Of a stretch of 64,000 bases of DNA, positions 48,368-58,921 are shown one piece after another (position 1 is the first letter of the stretch; every line of letters begins with the position of its first letter). The translations under genes were made by a program, and so were the position numbers. The notes beneath the pieces were generated by a model. That model saw only the letters and a program-made list of their open reading frames with translations. It ran no database searches and had not been told where the DNA came from. Origin of the DNA: Bacteroidota bacterium (lineage in GTDB: Bacteria; Bacteroidota; Bacteroidia; 2-12-FULL-35-15); NCBI GenBank assembly GCA_947504725.1, contig CANNHN010000004.1:21090-85089 (forward strand), written 5' to 3'.

Positions 48368-49579
48368 GTGAAAGAAAAAATAAAATCTCTTGCCAAATCT
48401 TCATTGTCTGAAGTAATTGCTATTCGTAGGCATTTACATGCCAATCCCGAACTTTCCTTCGAGGAAATTAACACTTCAAATTATATTGCATCTAAACTTA
48501 AAGAATACAATATTCCTTTTCAACAAGGAATTGTAAAAACAGGAATTGTTGCATTGATTGAAGGGAAAAATCCCTCTAAGAAAGTAGTTGCTTTACGTGG
48601 AGATATGGATGCACTTCCTATTCTTGAAAAAAATACGGTCGATTATAAGTCAAAAAATGAAGGGGTTATGCATGCTTGTGGGCACGATGTTCACAGTTCT
48701 TCATTGTTAGGTGTTGCGAAAATATTGAATGAATTAAAAGGAGAGTTTGAAGGAACCATTAAATTGATTTTTCAACCAGGAGAAGAAAAATTACCTGGTG
48801 GTGCCTCTTTAATGATTAAAGAAGGTGTTCTAGAAAATCCAAAACCAACAAGTATTTTTGCTCAACATGTTTTTCCAAGTATGGAAGTCGGCAAAGTTGG
48901 TTTTAGAACAGGAATGTACATGGCTAGTACAGATGAAATTTATGTGACTGTAAAAGGCAAAGGGGGGCATGCTGCGATGTCCAATGAATACAATAACCCT
49001 TTATTAATCGCTTCTGCAATTTTAATAGAGTTAAATAAGGCATTCATGATTCAGGCTCCTTCATTTTCTACTTTAGAGGGAGACAATGAAAGACCACCAA
49101 GAGTTTTAGCATTTGGTAAAATTATTGGGAACGGAGCGACAAATGTGATTCCTGATGAAGTTAAGCTGGAAGGGACTTTTAGAACCATGGATGAAGTGTG
49201 GAGAAAAGAAGCACACATAAAAATGAAATCAATTGCGGAAGAGGTTGCAAAAAATATGGGCGGATCGTGTGATTTTGTTGTTGAACATGGTTACCCTTTT
49301 TTAGTGAATGACGAAGCAACTACAAAAAAAGCTATAGCGGCTGCGGAAGATTATTTAGGTAAAGAAAATGTAGAAGAATTGCCATTGCGAATGACAGCAG
49401 AAGATTTTGCGTTTTTCTCACAACAAATACCTGCTTGTTTTTATCGATTAGGGACAGGCAATAAATCAAAAGGAATTACAAGTGGTGTTCATACTGCCAC
49501 CTTTGATATCGATGAACAAGCCTTGGAAATTGGCGTTGGTTTAATGGCTTGGTTGGCTGTAAATGAATTGAAAAGCTAA
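48368..49579 (+). CDS. M20 family amidohydrolase
   Basis: RRHLHANPELSFEE, RGDMDALP, MHACGHDVH, FQPGEE, AEDF. Confidence 0.95.
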   Translation: MKEKIKSLAKSSLSEVIAIRRHLHANPELSFEEINTSNYIASKLKEYNIPFQQGIVKTGIVALIEGKNPSKKVVALRGDMDALPILEKNTVDYKSKNEGVMHACGHDVHSSSLLGVAKILNELKGEFEGTIKLIFQPGEEKLPGGASLMIKEGVLENPKPTSIFAQHVFPSMEVGKVGFRTGMYMASTDEIYVTVKGKGGHAAMSNEYNNPLLIASAILIELNKAFMIQAPSFSTLEGDNERPPRVLAFGKIIGNGATNVIPDEVKLEGTFRTMDEVWRKEAHIKMKSIAEEVAKNMGGSCDFVVEHGYPFLVNDEATTKKAIAAAEDYLGKENVEELPLRMTAEDFAFFSQQIPACFYRLGTGNKSKGITSGVHTATFDIDEQALEIGVGLMAWLAVNELKS

Positions 49580-49582
49580 ATA

Positions 49583-49808
49583 TTTCCAACCTTCAAAAAA
49601 TGATTATATGATTAATTATCGGGTCGATAATCTGGAAGCAATGTTGAAAAAGTTAAAAGCAAACAAAGTAACAGTGCTTGATACAATTGAAACTTACGAC
49701 TACGGAAAATTTCTTTACATACTAGATTGCGATAGCAATAAAGTAGTGCTTTGGGAGCCTGTTGATGGGTCTTTTACAAAGTTGTATGAAGGAAAAACGA
49801 CAAAATAA
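49583..49808 (+). pseudogene. C-terminal remnant of a VOC/glyoxalase-family gene
   Basis: FQPSKNDYMINYRVDNLEAML...YDYGKF..ILD..NKVVLWEP; N-terminal half missing, begins right after the amidohydrolase stop. Confidence 0.6.
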
Positions 49809-49838
49809 AAAAAGCCTCTCAGTTACGAGAGGCTTTTT
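49807..49838. terminator. Bidirectional intrinsic terminator
   Basis: AAAAAAAGCCTCTC-AGTTAC-GAGAGGCTTTTT between convergent genes. Confidence 0.85.
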
Positions 49839-49857
49839 AATTATTCACAAACAAAAA

Positions 49858-52068
49858 TTAATTTCCGAATTCGCTCATAAATTTAATGTGCATCAATCGA
49901 ACTTCTTCTTCAGTATATTCATCTTCTCCCAATTCTTTTAAGGCATCAGCAATTGAATCTGAATTTGATTCTTTGAAATAAGCCATTGCTTCTTCCTGTT
50001 TGTCGTCATCTATAATATCATTTATATAATAACTGATATTGACTTTTGTTCCAGAGTGAACAATACTTTCAATCTCCATTATTAAATCCGACAAACTCAA
50101 GCCTTTTGCTTTTGCAACATCCTCTAAAGGCAGCTTTCTGTCGATGTTTTGAATGATATATACTTTTAATCCTGATTTGTTAACGATTGATTTCACTACC
50201 ATATCCAATGGTCGTTCAATTTCGTTTTCTTCTACATATTTAGAAATTAAATCAAGAAATGCTTTTCCAAATTTTTGTGCTTTTCCTTGACCAACACCAG
50301 TAATGTTTACCAATTCATCCATTTTAATTGGATATTGAATCGCCATTTCTTCTAAAGAAACTTCTTGGAAAATTACGTAAGGAGGTAATTTTAATTTGTT
50401 GGCAGTTTGTTTTAACAAATCTTTTAATGCAGAAAACAAAACTGCATCTGCTCCTGATCCACCTTTTCCACCGCCTCCAGCTCCGTCATCATCATCTGTT
50501 TCCGTACCTTCGTAATCGTGATCTTTGGTTACCATCATACTATATGGTTTGTCCAAAAACTTTTCTCCTTCTTTGGTCACTTTCAATAATCCGTAATTTT
50601 CTACGTCTTTTGACATTAATCCAGAAACCAATGCTTGACGGAAAATAGCATTCCAATATTTTTCGTTCTTATCGTCCTCAGTTCCTTTTCCGAAACATTC
50701 TAATTCATTTTGTTTGTATGCTTTTACTGTAGATGTAATATTGCCTAATAGAATATTGATAACATCTTTTGTTTTGAATTTCTCTTTTACATCGGTAACC
50801 ACTTCAATTGCCAATGCAATGTCATCCATTCCATCAAATTTTTGTTTCGGGTTACGACAGTTGTCGCACATGCCACCACATCCTTTTTCATCAAACTCTT
50901 CACCGAAGTAATGCAATAAAAATTTTCTTCTGCAGCTAGATGTTTCAGCGTATGAAACCGTTTCAGTTAATAATTGCTTTCCAATTTCTTGCTCAGCAAC
51001 AGGTTTGCCTTTCATAAACTTCTCTAATTTCACAATATCATCATGACTGTAAAAAGTAACACAATTTCCTTCTCCACCATCTCTTCCGCCACGACCAGTT
51101 TCTTGATAATAACCTTCCAATGATTTTGGTATATCGTGGTGAATAACAAAACGAACATCGGGCTTGTCGATTCCCATTCCGAATGCAATGGTTGCAACAA
51201 TTACGTCAATATCTTCCATTAAGAAAGCATCTTGTGTTTTTGCTCTTTCTTTGGCTTCAAGTCCCGCGTGATAAGGCAATGCTTTAATTCCGTTTACTTG
51301 TAATGTTTGTGCAAGCTCTTCAACTTTCTTTCTGCTCAAACAATATACAATTCCCGATTTGCCTTGTTGTGTTTTTACGTATTTAATAATCTCTTTAATC
51401 ACATTTACTTTCGGACGAACTTCATAATACAAGTTGGAGCGGTTGAAAGATGATTTAAAAAGATTGGCACTGCTCATGCCTAAATTTTTCTGAATGTCTT
51501 GTTGAACTTTTGGAGTTGCAGTTGCAGTTAATGCAATGATTGGAACCTTCCCTATTTCTTCAATGATTGGTCTTAGTCTTCTGTACTCGGGACGGAAATC
51601 ATGTCCCCATTCTGAAATACAATGTGCTTCGTCAATCGCAAAAAAGGAAATTTTTATTTCGTTGAAAAATGCAATGTTATCTTCTTTGGTTAAACTTTCG
51701 GGAGCAACATATAAAAGTTTTGTTTTTCCGTCAGTAATATCTTTTTTCACTTTCGTGATTTCAGCTTTTGTAAGAGATGAATTTAAAAAGTGTGCAATAC
51801 CTTCTTCGTTTCCGAAATTGCGTAAAGCATCTACTTGATTTTTCATTAAAGCAATTAGTGGAGAAATAATAATTGCAGTTCCTTCGCTAACTAAAGCCGG
51901 TAATTGGTAGCATAATGATTTGCCACCACCAGTCGGCATAATTACAAAGGTGTCTTTTCCTTCCATCAAACTTGCTATAATAGCTTCTTGAGGTCCTTTG
52001 AATTTTTTGAATCCAAAATATTTCTGTAAGCAGTCTAGAAGAGATGTTTCAACATCGAGCGTTTTCAA
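49858..52068 (-). CDS. recQ: DNA helicase RecQ
   Basis: [44 protein letters not shown]; Zn/RQC and HRDC regions. Confidence 0.97.
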   Translation of the reverse strand: MKTLDVETSLLDCLQKYFGFKKFKGPQEAIIASLMEGKDTFVIMPTGGGKSLCYQLPALVSEGTAIIISPLIALMKNQVDALRNFGNEEGIAHFLNSSLTKAEITKVKKDITDGKTKLLYVAPESLTKEDNIAFFNEIKISFFAIDEAHCISEWGHDFRPEYRRLRPIIEEIGKVPIIALTATATPKVQQDIQKNLGMSSANLFKSSFNRSNLYYEVRPKVNVIKEIIKYVKTQQGKSGIVYCLSRKKVEELAQTLQVNGIKALPYHAGLEAKERAKTQDAFLMEDIDVIVATIAFGMGIDKPDVRFVIHHDIPKSLEGYYQETGRGGRDGGEGNCVTFYSHDDIVKLEKFMKGKPVAEQEIGKQLLTETVSYAETSSCRRKFLLHYFGEEFDEKGCGGMCDNCRNPKQKFDGMDDIALAIEVVTDVKEKFKTKDVINILLGNITSTVKAYKQNELECFGKGTEDDKNEKYWNAIFRQALVSGLMSKDVENYGLLKVTKEGEKFLDKPYSMMVTKDHDYEGTETDDDDGAGGGGKGGSGADAVLFSALKDLLKQTANKLKLPPYVIFQEVSLEEMAIQYPIKMDELVNITGVGQGKAQKFGKAFLDLISKYVEENEIERPLDMVVKSIVNKSGLKVYIIQNIDRKLPLEDVAKAKGLSLSDLIMEIESIVHSGTKVNISYYINDIIDDDKQEEAMAYFKESNSDSIADALKELGEDEYTEEEVRLMHIKFMSEFGN

Positions 52069-52244
52069 TTCCTGTTTTTTTTAATTAATGATTATAATGA
52101 GATTATCTTTAAAATGTACTATTTTTATACCTTTATATATAGAAATCAACAAACAATCGTTTTCTAAATATCTAATGTAAATATATAATAAAAAATTGTT
52201 ACACAGACAAACATTTCTCTACTTTATTTTAAATACCCTACGAA

Positions 52245-53213
52245 GTGAATAAATCTATCGATAAAATAAAAGACCTAGCTATAACTACCTTAAATATTGA
52301 GGCAGATTCGGTTAGAAACCTCCAAAAATACATCAATGACGATTTTGTAGCTACCGTAAAGCTTATTTATGAGTCTAAAGGAAGAGTAGTTGTGACTGGC
52401 ATTGGAAAGAGCGCAATTATTGCTCAAAAAATTGTAGCAACAATGAATTCAACAGGTACTCCATCCATTTTTATGCATGCTGCGGATGCCATTCATGGTG
52501 ATTTAGGGACGATACAAAAAGAGGATGTAGTTATTTGCATTTCTAAGAGTGGAAATACACCCGAAATAAAAGTGCTCGTTCCTTTATTAAAAACGGGTGG
52601 CAACAAATTAATTGCTTTGGTTGGAAATATGGATTCATATTTAGCAAAGCAATCGGATTATGTTTTAAATTCTACTGTAGAAAAAGAAGCTTGTCCGAAC
52701 AACTTAGCGCCAACTTCCAGCACAACAGCTCAACTCGCAATGGGTGATGCATTGGCTGTTTGTTTATTGGATTGCAGAGATTTTACCAGTAGCGATTTTG
52801 CAAAATATCATCCAGGTGGAGCACTCGGAAAAAAACTATATTTGAAAGTAGGGGACATAGCATCACAAAATCAAAAACCAGTTGTGAAGCCAGATGATTC
52901 AATAAAGACAGTTATTATGGAGATTTCTTCTAAGCGATTGGGTGCGACTGCAGTAGTTGACAATGGAATTCTAGTTGGTGTAATTACAGATGGAGATTTG
53001 CGTAGAATGCTTGAAAAAACAGATGCAATTAGCTCTTTGAAAGCATCCGATATTATGAATAAAACTCCTAAACAAATCGAAGCAGGAGAATTGGCAGTAA
53101 ATGCAATGCAATTATTGGAGCAATATAATATTACACAACTTATAGTTACCGACAAAGGCAAATACCATGGCTTTGTTCATTTGCATGATTTGTTGAAAGA
53201 AGGAATTATCTAG
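52245..53213 (+). CDS. kdsD: KpsF/GutQ-family arabinose-5-phosphate isomerase
   Basis: GIGKS, HGDLG, SKSGNT, EACPNNLAPTSST, HPGGALG, two CBS domains. Confidence 0.92.
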   Translation: MNKSIDKIKDLAITTLNIEADSVRNLQKYINDDFVATVKLIYESKGRVVVTGIGKSAIIAQKIVATMNSTGTPSIFMHAADAIHGDLGTIQKEDVVICISKSGNTPEIKVLVPLLKTGGNKLIALVGNMDSYLAKQSDYVLNSTVEKEACPNNLAPTSSTTAQLAMGDALAVCLLDCRDFTSSDFAKYHPGGALGKKLYLKVGDIASQNQKPVVKPDDSIKTVIMEISSKRLGATAVVDNGILVGVITDGDLRRMLEKTDAISSLKASDIMNKTPKQIEAGELAVNAMQLLEQYNITQLIVTDKGKYHGFVHLHDLLKEGII

Positions 53214-53312
53214 AAGTTATAAGGTTAGAAAGTTGAAATGTTTAAAGGTTAAAACTAATCAGAATATTAATGCAACTTTCGAACCTTTCAACCTTACAAC
53301 TTTAAAACAAAA

Positions 53313-54029
53313 ATGAACCATATAGCAGCAATAGTCCCCGCTTATAATGAAGAGAAGGCAATTACAGCTGTTGTAAATGATATTCTTCAAACTGCTCAAT
53401 CACAAAATCTATCCATCACCGTTATTGTTGTCAACGATTGCTCTAAAGATTCTACTTTCGAAATTATTTCTAAATTAAATTGTATTGCATTGGACTTGCC
53501 AGTGAATTTAGGTATTGGCGGTGCTGTGCAGACAGGATTCAAATATGCTTTTGAAAATGGATTTGATTATGCTATTCAAATTGACGGTGACGGACAACAT
53601 CCTGCATCAGAGATTCCAAAACTTATAAACGCGGCAAAAGAAAATAATTTAGATGTTGTAATTGGTTCGCGATTTATTTCTAAAGAAGGGTTTCAATCTT
53701 CGGCAGTCAGACGAATGGGAATAAATTATTTTAAATGGCTGAATCGTTTTTTGGTGGGTGTTACTGTAAATGATAGTACTTCGGGCTTTCGGCTAATCAA
53801 TAAAAAAGTTTTGGAAATAGTGAGCGACTATTACCCCGATGAATATCCGGAGCCGGAAGCAATCATTTTATATTCATTGAACAAATTAAAAATTGGAGAA
53901 GTTTCTGTAAGTATGAGAGAGCGCCAAGGGGGTGTTTCTTCTATTGGTGCAACATCTTCTATTTATTATATGTTTAAAGTTTCGTTGGCAATTTTTTATA
54001 CATTTATAAGAATCAAATTCAAAAAATAA
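53313..54029 (+). CDS. Glycosyltransferase family 2 (DPM-synthase-like)
   Basis: VPAYNEE, VNDCSKD, NLGIGGAVQTG, DGDGQH, DSTSGFR. Confidence 0.93.
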   Translation: MNHIAAIVPAYNEEKAITAVVNDILQTAQSQNLSITVIVVNDCSKDSTFEIISKLNCIALDLPVNLGIGGAVQTGFKYAFENGFDYAIQIDGDGQHPASEIPKLINAAKENNLDVVIGSRFISKEGFQSSAVRRMGINYFKWLNRFLVGVTVNDSTSGFRLINKKVLEIVSDYYPDEYPEPEAIILYSLNKLKIGEVSVSMRERQGGVSSIGATSSIYYMFKVSLAIFYTFIRIKFKK

Positions 54030-54033
54030 AATC

Positions 54034-54372
54034 ATGGCTAGAATTCAGATCATCGCAATTGCAATCAGTATATTGTTTTTGTTTTATATCGTCAGACTGA
54101 TCATTAAAGGGAAGCTTCGTGAAGAATATTCTATAGTATGGATTGTGTGTACAGTTATTCTGGTACTCTTTTCTTTTTGGAGAGATGGCTTGGAAGTAGT
54201 TTCCAACTTGGTAGGAATTTTATCACCACCAAATTTGGTTTTTACTGCTGCGATTTTCGCCATCTTTATTTATTTACTTCACTTGAGTGTAGTGGTTTCT
54301 AAACTGCATTCACAGAATAAACAATTAGCGCAGGATATTGCTTTATTGAAGGAGAAAATGGAGAAAAAGTGA
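54034..54372 (+). CDS. DUF2304-type membrane protein
   Basis: LREEYSIVW, VGILSPPN, LAQDIALL; usual partner of this GT2 type. Confidence 0.85.
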   Translation: MARIQIIAIAISILFLFYIVRLIIKGKLREEYSIVWIVCTVILVLFSFWRDGLEVVSNLVGILSPPNLVFTAAIFAIFIYLLHLSVVVSKLHSQNKQLAQDIALLKEKMEKK

Positions 54373-54422
54373 ATATGAAAATTTCTTTTTAATGAAAATT
54401 CTTGGATGTAATAATTAATTTA

Positions 54423-54713
54423 TTAAATTAGAACATCAACAATCCTTCTGATAGGTATGAAAATTCCTGCTTTCAAAACAATATTCTTTTCACATGTTGC
54501 CCAAATTGTTGTTTCCACAACTTTTAATTCTTCCGAATCTCTGAAAAAGATCCGACATTTAATCTTCTCCATATTTCCAAGAATAGTTGCAACCTTTAAT
54601 TTAATCAATAAATTACTCACCTCCGTAGTTGATAATTGAATTTTTTCATTTGGAAACTTGCAATCTTTAATTGCATGTTTATCGACTAATGTTGCTTGAA
54701 TTTCTTTTGTCAT
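54423..54713 (-). CDS. Small conserved hypothetical protein
   Basis: ATILGNMEKIKCRIFF..VETTIWA..LKAGIFIPI pattern; ATG at 54713. Confidence 0.7.
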   Translation of the reverse strand: MTKEIQATLVDKHAIKDCKFPNEKIQLSTTEVSNLLIKLKVATILGNMEKIKCRIFFRDSEELKVVETTIWATCEKNIVLKAGIFIPIRRIVDVLI

Positions 54714-54773
54714 AATTATAAGAATTTGTTTAAAGTTCCAATAGGTGATCAATAAAATATGCAATTGCTATCT

Positions 54774-54896
54774 TTAAAGAATATGAAAAACATACCGGCA
54801 ACTAAAAGCGACAAGAGTAATAACCACCACTACAATACCAGCATAGCCAGTCATTTTTAAATCTGATTCCTTATTTTTTTTGATTGAAGTTTTCAT
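54774..54896 (-). CDS. Putative 40-aa single-TM peptide
   Basis: MKTSIKKNKESDLKMTGYAGIVVVVITLVAFSCRYVFHIL*; A-rich sequence before the ATG. Confidence 0.45.
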   Translation of the reverse strand: MKTSIKKNKESDLKMTGYAGIVVVVITLVAFSCRYVFHIL

Positions 54897-55021
54897 GATA
54901 TTTTGTTTTTAAGGTTTATACACCTAGTTAAACGCAACAAAATATCAGAATTATAGAAATTCGAAGAAAGTATTCAAAATAGGGCAAAAAGAAAGAAAAA
55001 TGTAGACGAACGGAAATAATG

Positions 55022-55711
55022 CTACATAATATTTAACCGTTTATAAACTTCACTTTTATATGTTTTACCAATAGGTACAAGCTTTTCTCCAAAAGCGATA
55101 GTATCATCTTCAATGTCCTCAATTGCATCAAAACGAATAATATAAGACCGGTGAACCCTAATATAGTCAGGGTCTTTAAATCTATTTTCCATTTCCTTCA
55201 TTGTCGAATGAACAATATATTTTTTCCCATTACAATAAAGCGTTACATAATCGCCAATGCACTCAATAAGTTTTATTTCCTTTAGTAGGATTTTGACAAT
55301 AGTTTTTCCATCTTTTACGAAAACTATATTATCATTAAATTTAATTGTACTTTCTGTTGATGTTTTGTTTAAAACCTTTTTAACGGCAAGTGAAAAGTTT
55401 TCAAAATTGATCGGTTTAACTAAATACCCTGAAACATTATATTTGAATGCTTCAATAGCGAAATCTTTGTGTGAGGTTGTAAGTATAACCTTAGGTAGTT
55501 TTTCAGCAAAGTAAGTGATGAATTCTATTCCTGTCATTTGAGGCATTTCAACGTCAAGAAATATCAAATCAATTTTATTCAATTTCAGAAATGAAATAGC
55601 CTCTGTTGCGTTTTCGAAGGAGTTTATTAGAGCTAGTCCCGGAAATTTTGCAATCAATTGTTGCAGAATATCCCTGGCCATTTTCTCATCATCTATAATT
55701 ATACATTTCAT
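55022..55711 (-). CDS. LytTR-family response regulator
   Basis: REC IIDDE, FLDVEMP, YLVKP; LytTR IRVHRSYII, VPIGKTYK. Confidence 0.95.
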   Translation of the reverse strand: MKCIIIDDEKMARDILQQLIAKFPGLALINSFENATEAISFLKLNKIDLIFLDVEMPQMTGIEFITYFAEKLPKVILTTSHKDFAIEAFKYNVSGYLVKPINFENFSLAVKKVLNKTSTESTIKFNDNIVFVKDGKTIVKILLKEIKLIECIGDYVTLYCNGKKYIVHSTMKEMENRFKDPDYIRVHRSYIIRFDAIEDIEDDTIAFGEKLVPIGKTYKSEVYKRLNIM

Positions 55712-55715
55712 ATTT

Positions 55716-58118
55716 TTATTTTTTTAATTCTGTTTTCAATTCGGAATAGGCCAACTCACAGCTAAATTCAAGTTCAGTAACCATTTCTGGTAATAAATTT
55801 AAATGTTGCTTTTTTAGGCAATTTGATTCTATTTCCGTAACTTTTTTAATAAATAGTGGAGTGCCTATAAATGAGATTCGCCCTTTTAATTTGTGAGCAG
55901 ATTCACTCATTTTTGGCCAGTCACCTTTATGCATTTCACGTTTTAGTTGACTTATAATTTCTGGAGTCTGTATCAGGAACTCTTCAATTAATTTTTCGAA
56001 AAAAGGTGTATCGCCTGAGGCAACAGATTTAAGATAGGCCAAATCAATTACAGACACTCTTTCTGCATTGTTCTTAACTAATAAATCTTTAATTTTCTCT
56101 AATAATTCATTTTCTTGGAAAGGTTTGCTTAAGTATGCGTTCATTCCGATTTCAATGCATTTTTCTTTTTCTCCATTTAAAATATTTGCTGTCACTGCAA
56201 TTATTGGCGTTTTTGAATTCGTACCTAATTTATTTTTTCTGATTGCCTCTGTTGTTTTATATCCATCTAAAATAGGCATTTGTAGATCCATTAGAATTAG
56301 GTCGTAGGAATTTGTTTTTAATTTTTCAAGTGCAATTTTACCATTATCAGCTGTTTCAGTTTGGGCGCCATATTTCTCAAGCATTGAATTAGTGATCATT
56401 TGATTGAATTTGTCGTCTTCAACAACAAGTATCTTCTTTGATTTTAAGTCTACAGGAGTTGATTTTGAAATCTGGATTGCTGGTTTTTCGATATGTTCAA
56501 TTATTTCGTAAGGAATAGTTACGAAAAATGTTGTCCCCAAACCTTCCTTACTCTTTACCTTTATTGTCCCTTTCTGAAGCTCAACCAAGTTTTTTACAAT
56601 GGTTAATCCCAATCCGGTTCCTGCTGAAAAATTACTAGTTTCTGAATTAACCTGAGAATATCTGTTGAAGATATTTGTTAGATTTTCTTCGGAAATTCCA
56701 ATTCCGGTATCTTTAATTTCGATATTAATAAATTTTATCATCCCACTATTTTCCTCCATTGTTATCTTTATATCTATGTTGCCAGATTCGGTAAATTTTA
56801 TTGCGTTATTTACTAAGTTGAAAAGGATTTGCTTCAATCTGAAAGGATCTCCCGCAACATGATGTGTTTTTAAGAAATCATCTGTTCTTAAATTAAGTTT
56901 AAGATTTTTGTTTTCAGCCAAGTATTTCATTGAGTTGTAAACTTCATTTACAACTTTAAAAATGTCAAAAGGTAAAATTTGAAATTTAATTTTTTTTGCC
57001 TGAATTTTTTCGAAATCGAGAATGTCATTTACGAGATAGAGCAGATTTTCTGACGCAGTTTTAATAATCCCTAAGTATTCATTTTGTTTCCCTGATAAGT
57101 TTGTTTCAGCCAATAATCCTGTGATACCGGTTATAATATTTATTGGATTTCGTAATTCATGGCTCATATTCGCTAAGAACTGTTCTTTAGTTTTTTTAGA
57201 AATGATTGCTTCTTCTTTTGCATTTATTAGCTCAATTTCATTTTTCTTTCTTTGTGTAATATTTCTGTAAATCCATAAATGCCCATTATATTCATTGTCG
57301 GAAAAAATTGGAACAAAATCGCGTTCTAAGAAATCTCCATTTGCCAATTCTAATTCTTCATTCAAGACAAGGTCCTTGTTTGTCAGCGTTTTTTCTAATT
57401 GTTTTACAAATAAATTAGGATTTTTAAAGTTATGTTTTGATTCCTCTGCAGATTTCTTGCAATCATAACCGATTAGTTGTTCTGGCTTCACTGGAATGTT
57501 CAATAATTCACAAAATATTTTATTTGTTAATACAATTTTTCGTTCTTTATTTTCAAGCAAAATTCCACTTTGCATGTTTTGAATGAGTGCTGAAAATCTT
57601 TTATTGCTATACTTTAATTCATATTCGGATTTTTCAATTTCTAATTTCTGTTTTTTGAGATTCTCAACAAGAGATAAAATGTCTTTCGACATGATTTCTT
57701 TATTGTTGATTAGCTGAATCATATCTGTAGTAGAGTCGTGAATTGCAAAATCTGGAATTGTGAGATTGAATTTAAGCAAGTCTTCAGGAGTGGTAATCCA
57801 TGGACTACCTATAAATATGATGTTATCGTTGCTTGATTTCAATATTTGGCCTCTGAATAGTATATCAGGGACTTTTTTTGAAATTAAAATTATTACTTGG
57901 TTACAATATTCTTGTATTGAATTAAATGTATAGGATACACTGAACGGTCTCTTAAACTCAAATTCATTTTTGAAATCGGAATTGACAATATTCGGAATAA
58001 GTTTTAAAATGCTATTTCCTGCAGAAACAATTTTCAGAGAATTATTAATTGCGAAATAAAATGGAAATAGTAGTGTTATTTCCGAATTATTAAAGGATAT
58101 TTTATTTTGTTCACTCAT
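55716..58118 (-). CDS. Hybrid histidine kinase: HNOBA-like PAS, PAS, HisKA/HATPase, REC, Hpt
   Basis: LFPFYF...RGQI..FIGSPW..DFAIHDSTTD; FLANMSHELRNP; NLVNNAIKFT; DTGIGI; GTGLGL; LMDLQMP; AHKLKG. Confidence 0.93.
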   Translation of the reverse strand: MSEQNKISFNNSEITLLFPFYFAINNSLKIVSAGNSILKLIPNIVNSDFKNEFEFKRPFSVSYTFNSIQEYCNQVIILISKKVPDILFRGQILKSSNDNIIFIGSPWITTPEDLLKFNLTIPDFAIHDSTTDMIQLINNKEIMSKDILSLVENLKKQKLEIEKSEYELKYSNKRFSALIQNMQSGILLENKERKIVLTNKIFCELLNIPVKPEQLIGYDCKKSAEESKHNFKNPNLFVKQLEKTLTNKDLVLNEELELANGDFLERDFVPIFSDNEYNGHLWIYRNITQRKKNEIELINAKEEAIISKKTKEQFLANMSHELRNPINIITGITGLLAETNLSGKQNEYLGIIKTASENLLYLVNDILDFEKIQAKKIKFQILPFDIFKVVNEVYNSMKYLAENKNLKLNLRTDDFLKTHHVAGDPFRLKQILFNLVNNAIKFTESGNIDIKITMEENSGMIKFINIEIKDTGIGISEENLTNIFNRYSQVNSETSNFSAGTGLGLTIVKNLVELQKGTIKVKSKEGLGTTFFVTIPYEIIEHIEKPAIQISKSTPVDLKSKKILVVEDDKFNQMITNSMLEKYGAQTETADNGKIALEKLKTNSYDLILMDLQMPILDGYKTTEAIRKNKLGTNSKTPIIAVTANILNGEKEKCIEIGMNAYLSKPFQENELLEKIKDLLVKNNAERVSVIDLAYLKSVASGDTPFFEKLIEEFLIQTPEIISQLKREMHKGDWPKMSESAHKLKGRISFIGTPLFIKKVTEIESNCLKKQHLNLLPEMVTELEFSCELAYSELKTELKK

Positions 58119-58121
58119 AAT

Positions 58122-58667
58122 TTAGGACCAACTAACCCGAAAGATGTCATTATATGCTCCGTCCGTTTTCAAAGCTTTTACTTCAATCTTTGTTTCTACT
58201 TTATACATTTTTCCTAATCCTTGAAGTAAGCCATACATAAAATAGTGAAGGCCATTTCTTGTAGAAAAATAGTGCACATCCAAAGAGTTTTCTTCAATAT
58301 TACTGATTTTGAATTCTGGTGGTGTAAGGTTTGGATATATGAGCATTACACGGCTATGGAAGTTCGGAAGATTTATAAGGAAAGATTTTAAATTTTCACC
58401 ACCAGCTTTCATTAATGCACCATAACTTTCTTGTCCTGTTTTTAAAACCCAGTACTCGCCAAATGAAATTAAAACATCTTTCAGTTCTATTTTTAAGATT
58501 TCAGATGCTGCAATGGCTAAATCAAAAGTTGTTTGATCTGGGTAAGGTTCGTTGCTGAGAAATCCATCAACTGAAACACCACTTTGTTTTTTTATTTTTT
58601 CCCAGGAATCCAATCCAAAATTTTCGATTACTAATCCCTGGATTGCTTTATTTACTATTCCGTACAT
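58122..58667 (-). CDS. H-NOX (heme NO-binding) protein
   Basis: MYGIVN start, proximal His in NLPNFHSRV, PPEF, YxSxR motif (YFSTR). Confidence 0.95.
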   Translation of the reverse strand: MYGIVNKAIQGLVIENFGLDSWEKIKKQSGVSVDGFLSNEPYPDQTTFDLAIAASEILKIELKDVLISFGEYWVLKTGQESYGALMKAGGENLKSFLINLPNFHSRVMLIYPNLTPPEFKISNIEENSLDVHYFSTRNGLHYFMYGLLQGLGKMYKVETKIEVKALKTDGAYNDIFRVSWS

Positions 58668-58810
58668 ATATTTAATATTTTTATTTATACTGAGTTATAC
58701 GATTATTTAATTAAAAGGTTCTTACTATTTTCGTCCTAAGATAATTTAATTTTTTGAGCTTCCATTTGTGAGTTTAGTTCAAATATCATCTATTATCAAT
58801 ATGTCGATTT

Positions 58811-58842
58811 CCGTTCTTCGATAAATTCGCCTCCTTTATCGA
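58811..58842 (+). promoter_or_regulatory. Putative LytTR direct-repeat site
   Basis: CCGTTCTTCGA and TCCTTTATCGA, 21 bp apart. Confidence 0.5.
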
Positions 58843-58921
58843 AAATATTACAATTTCTAAGTATTAGACGTTTAAGAATATATAAACAACGGTTTTGTAT
58901 TCATTCTCAAAGTGTTGTACC

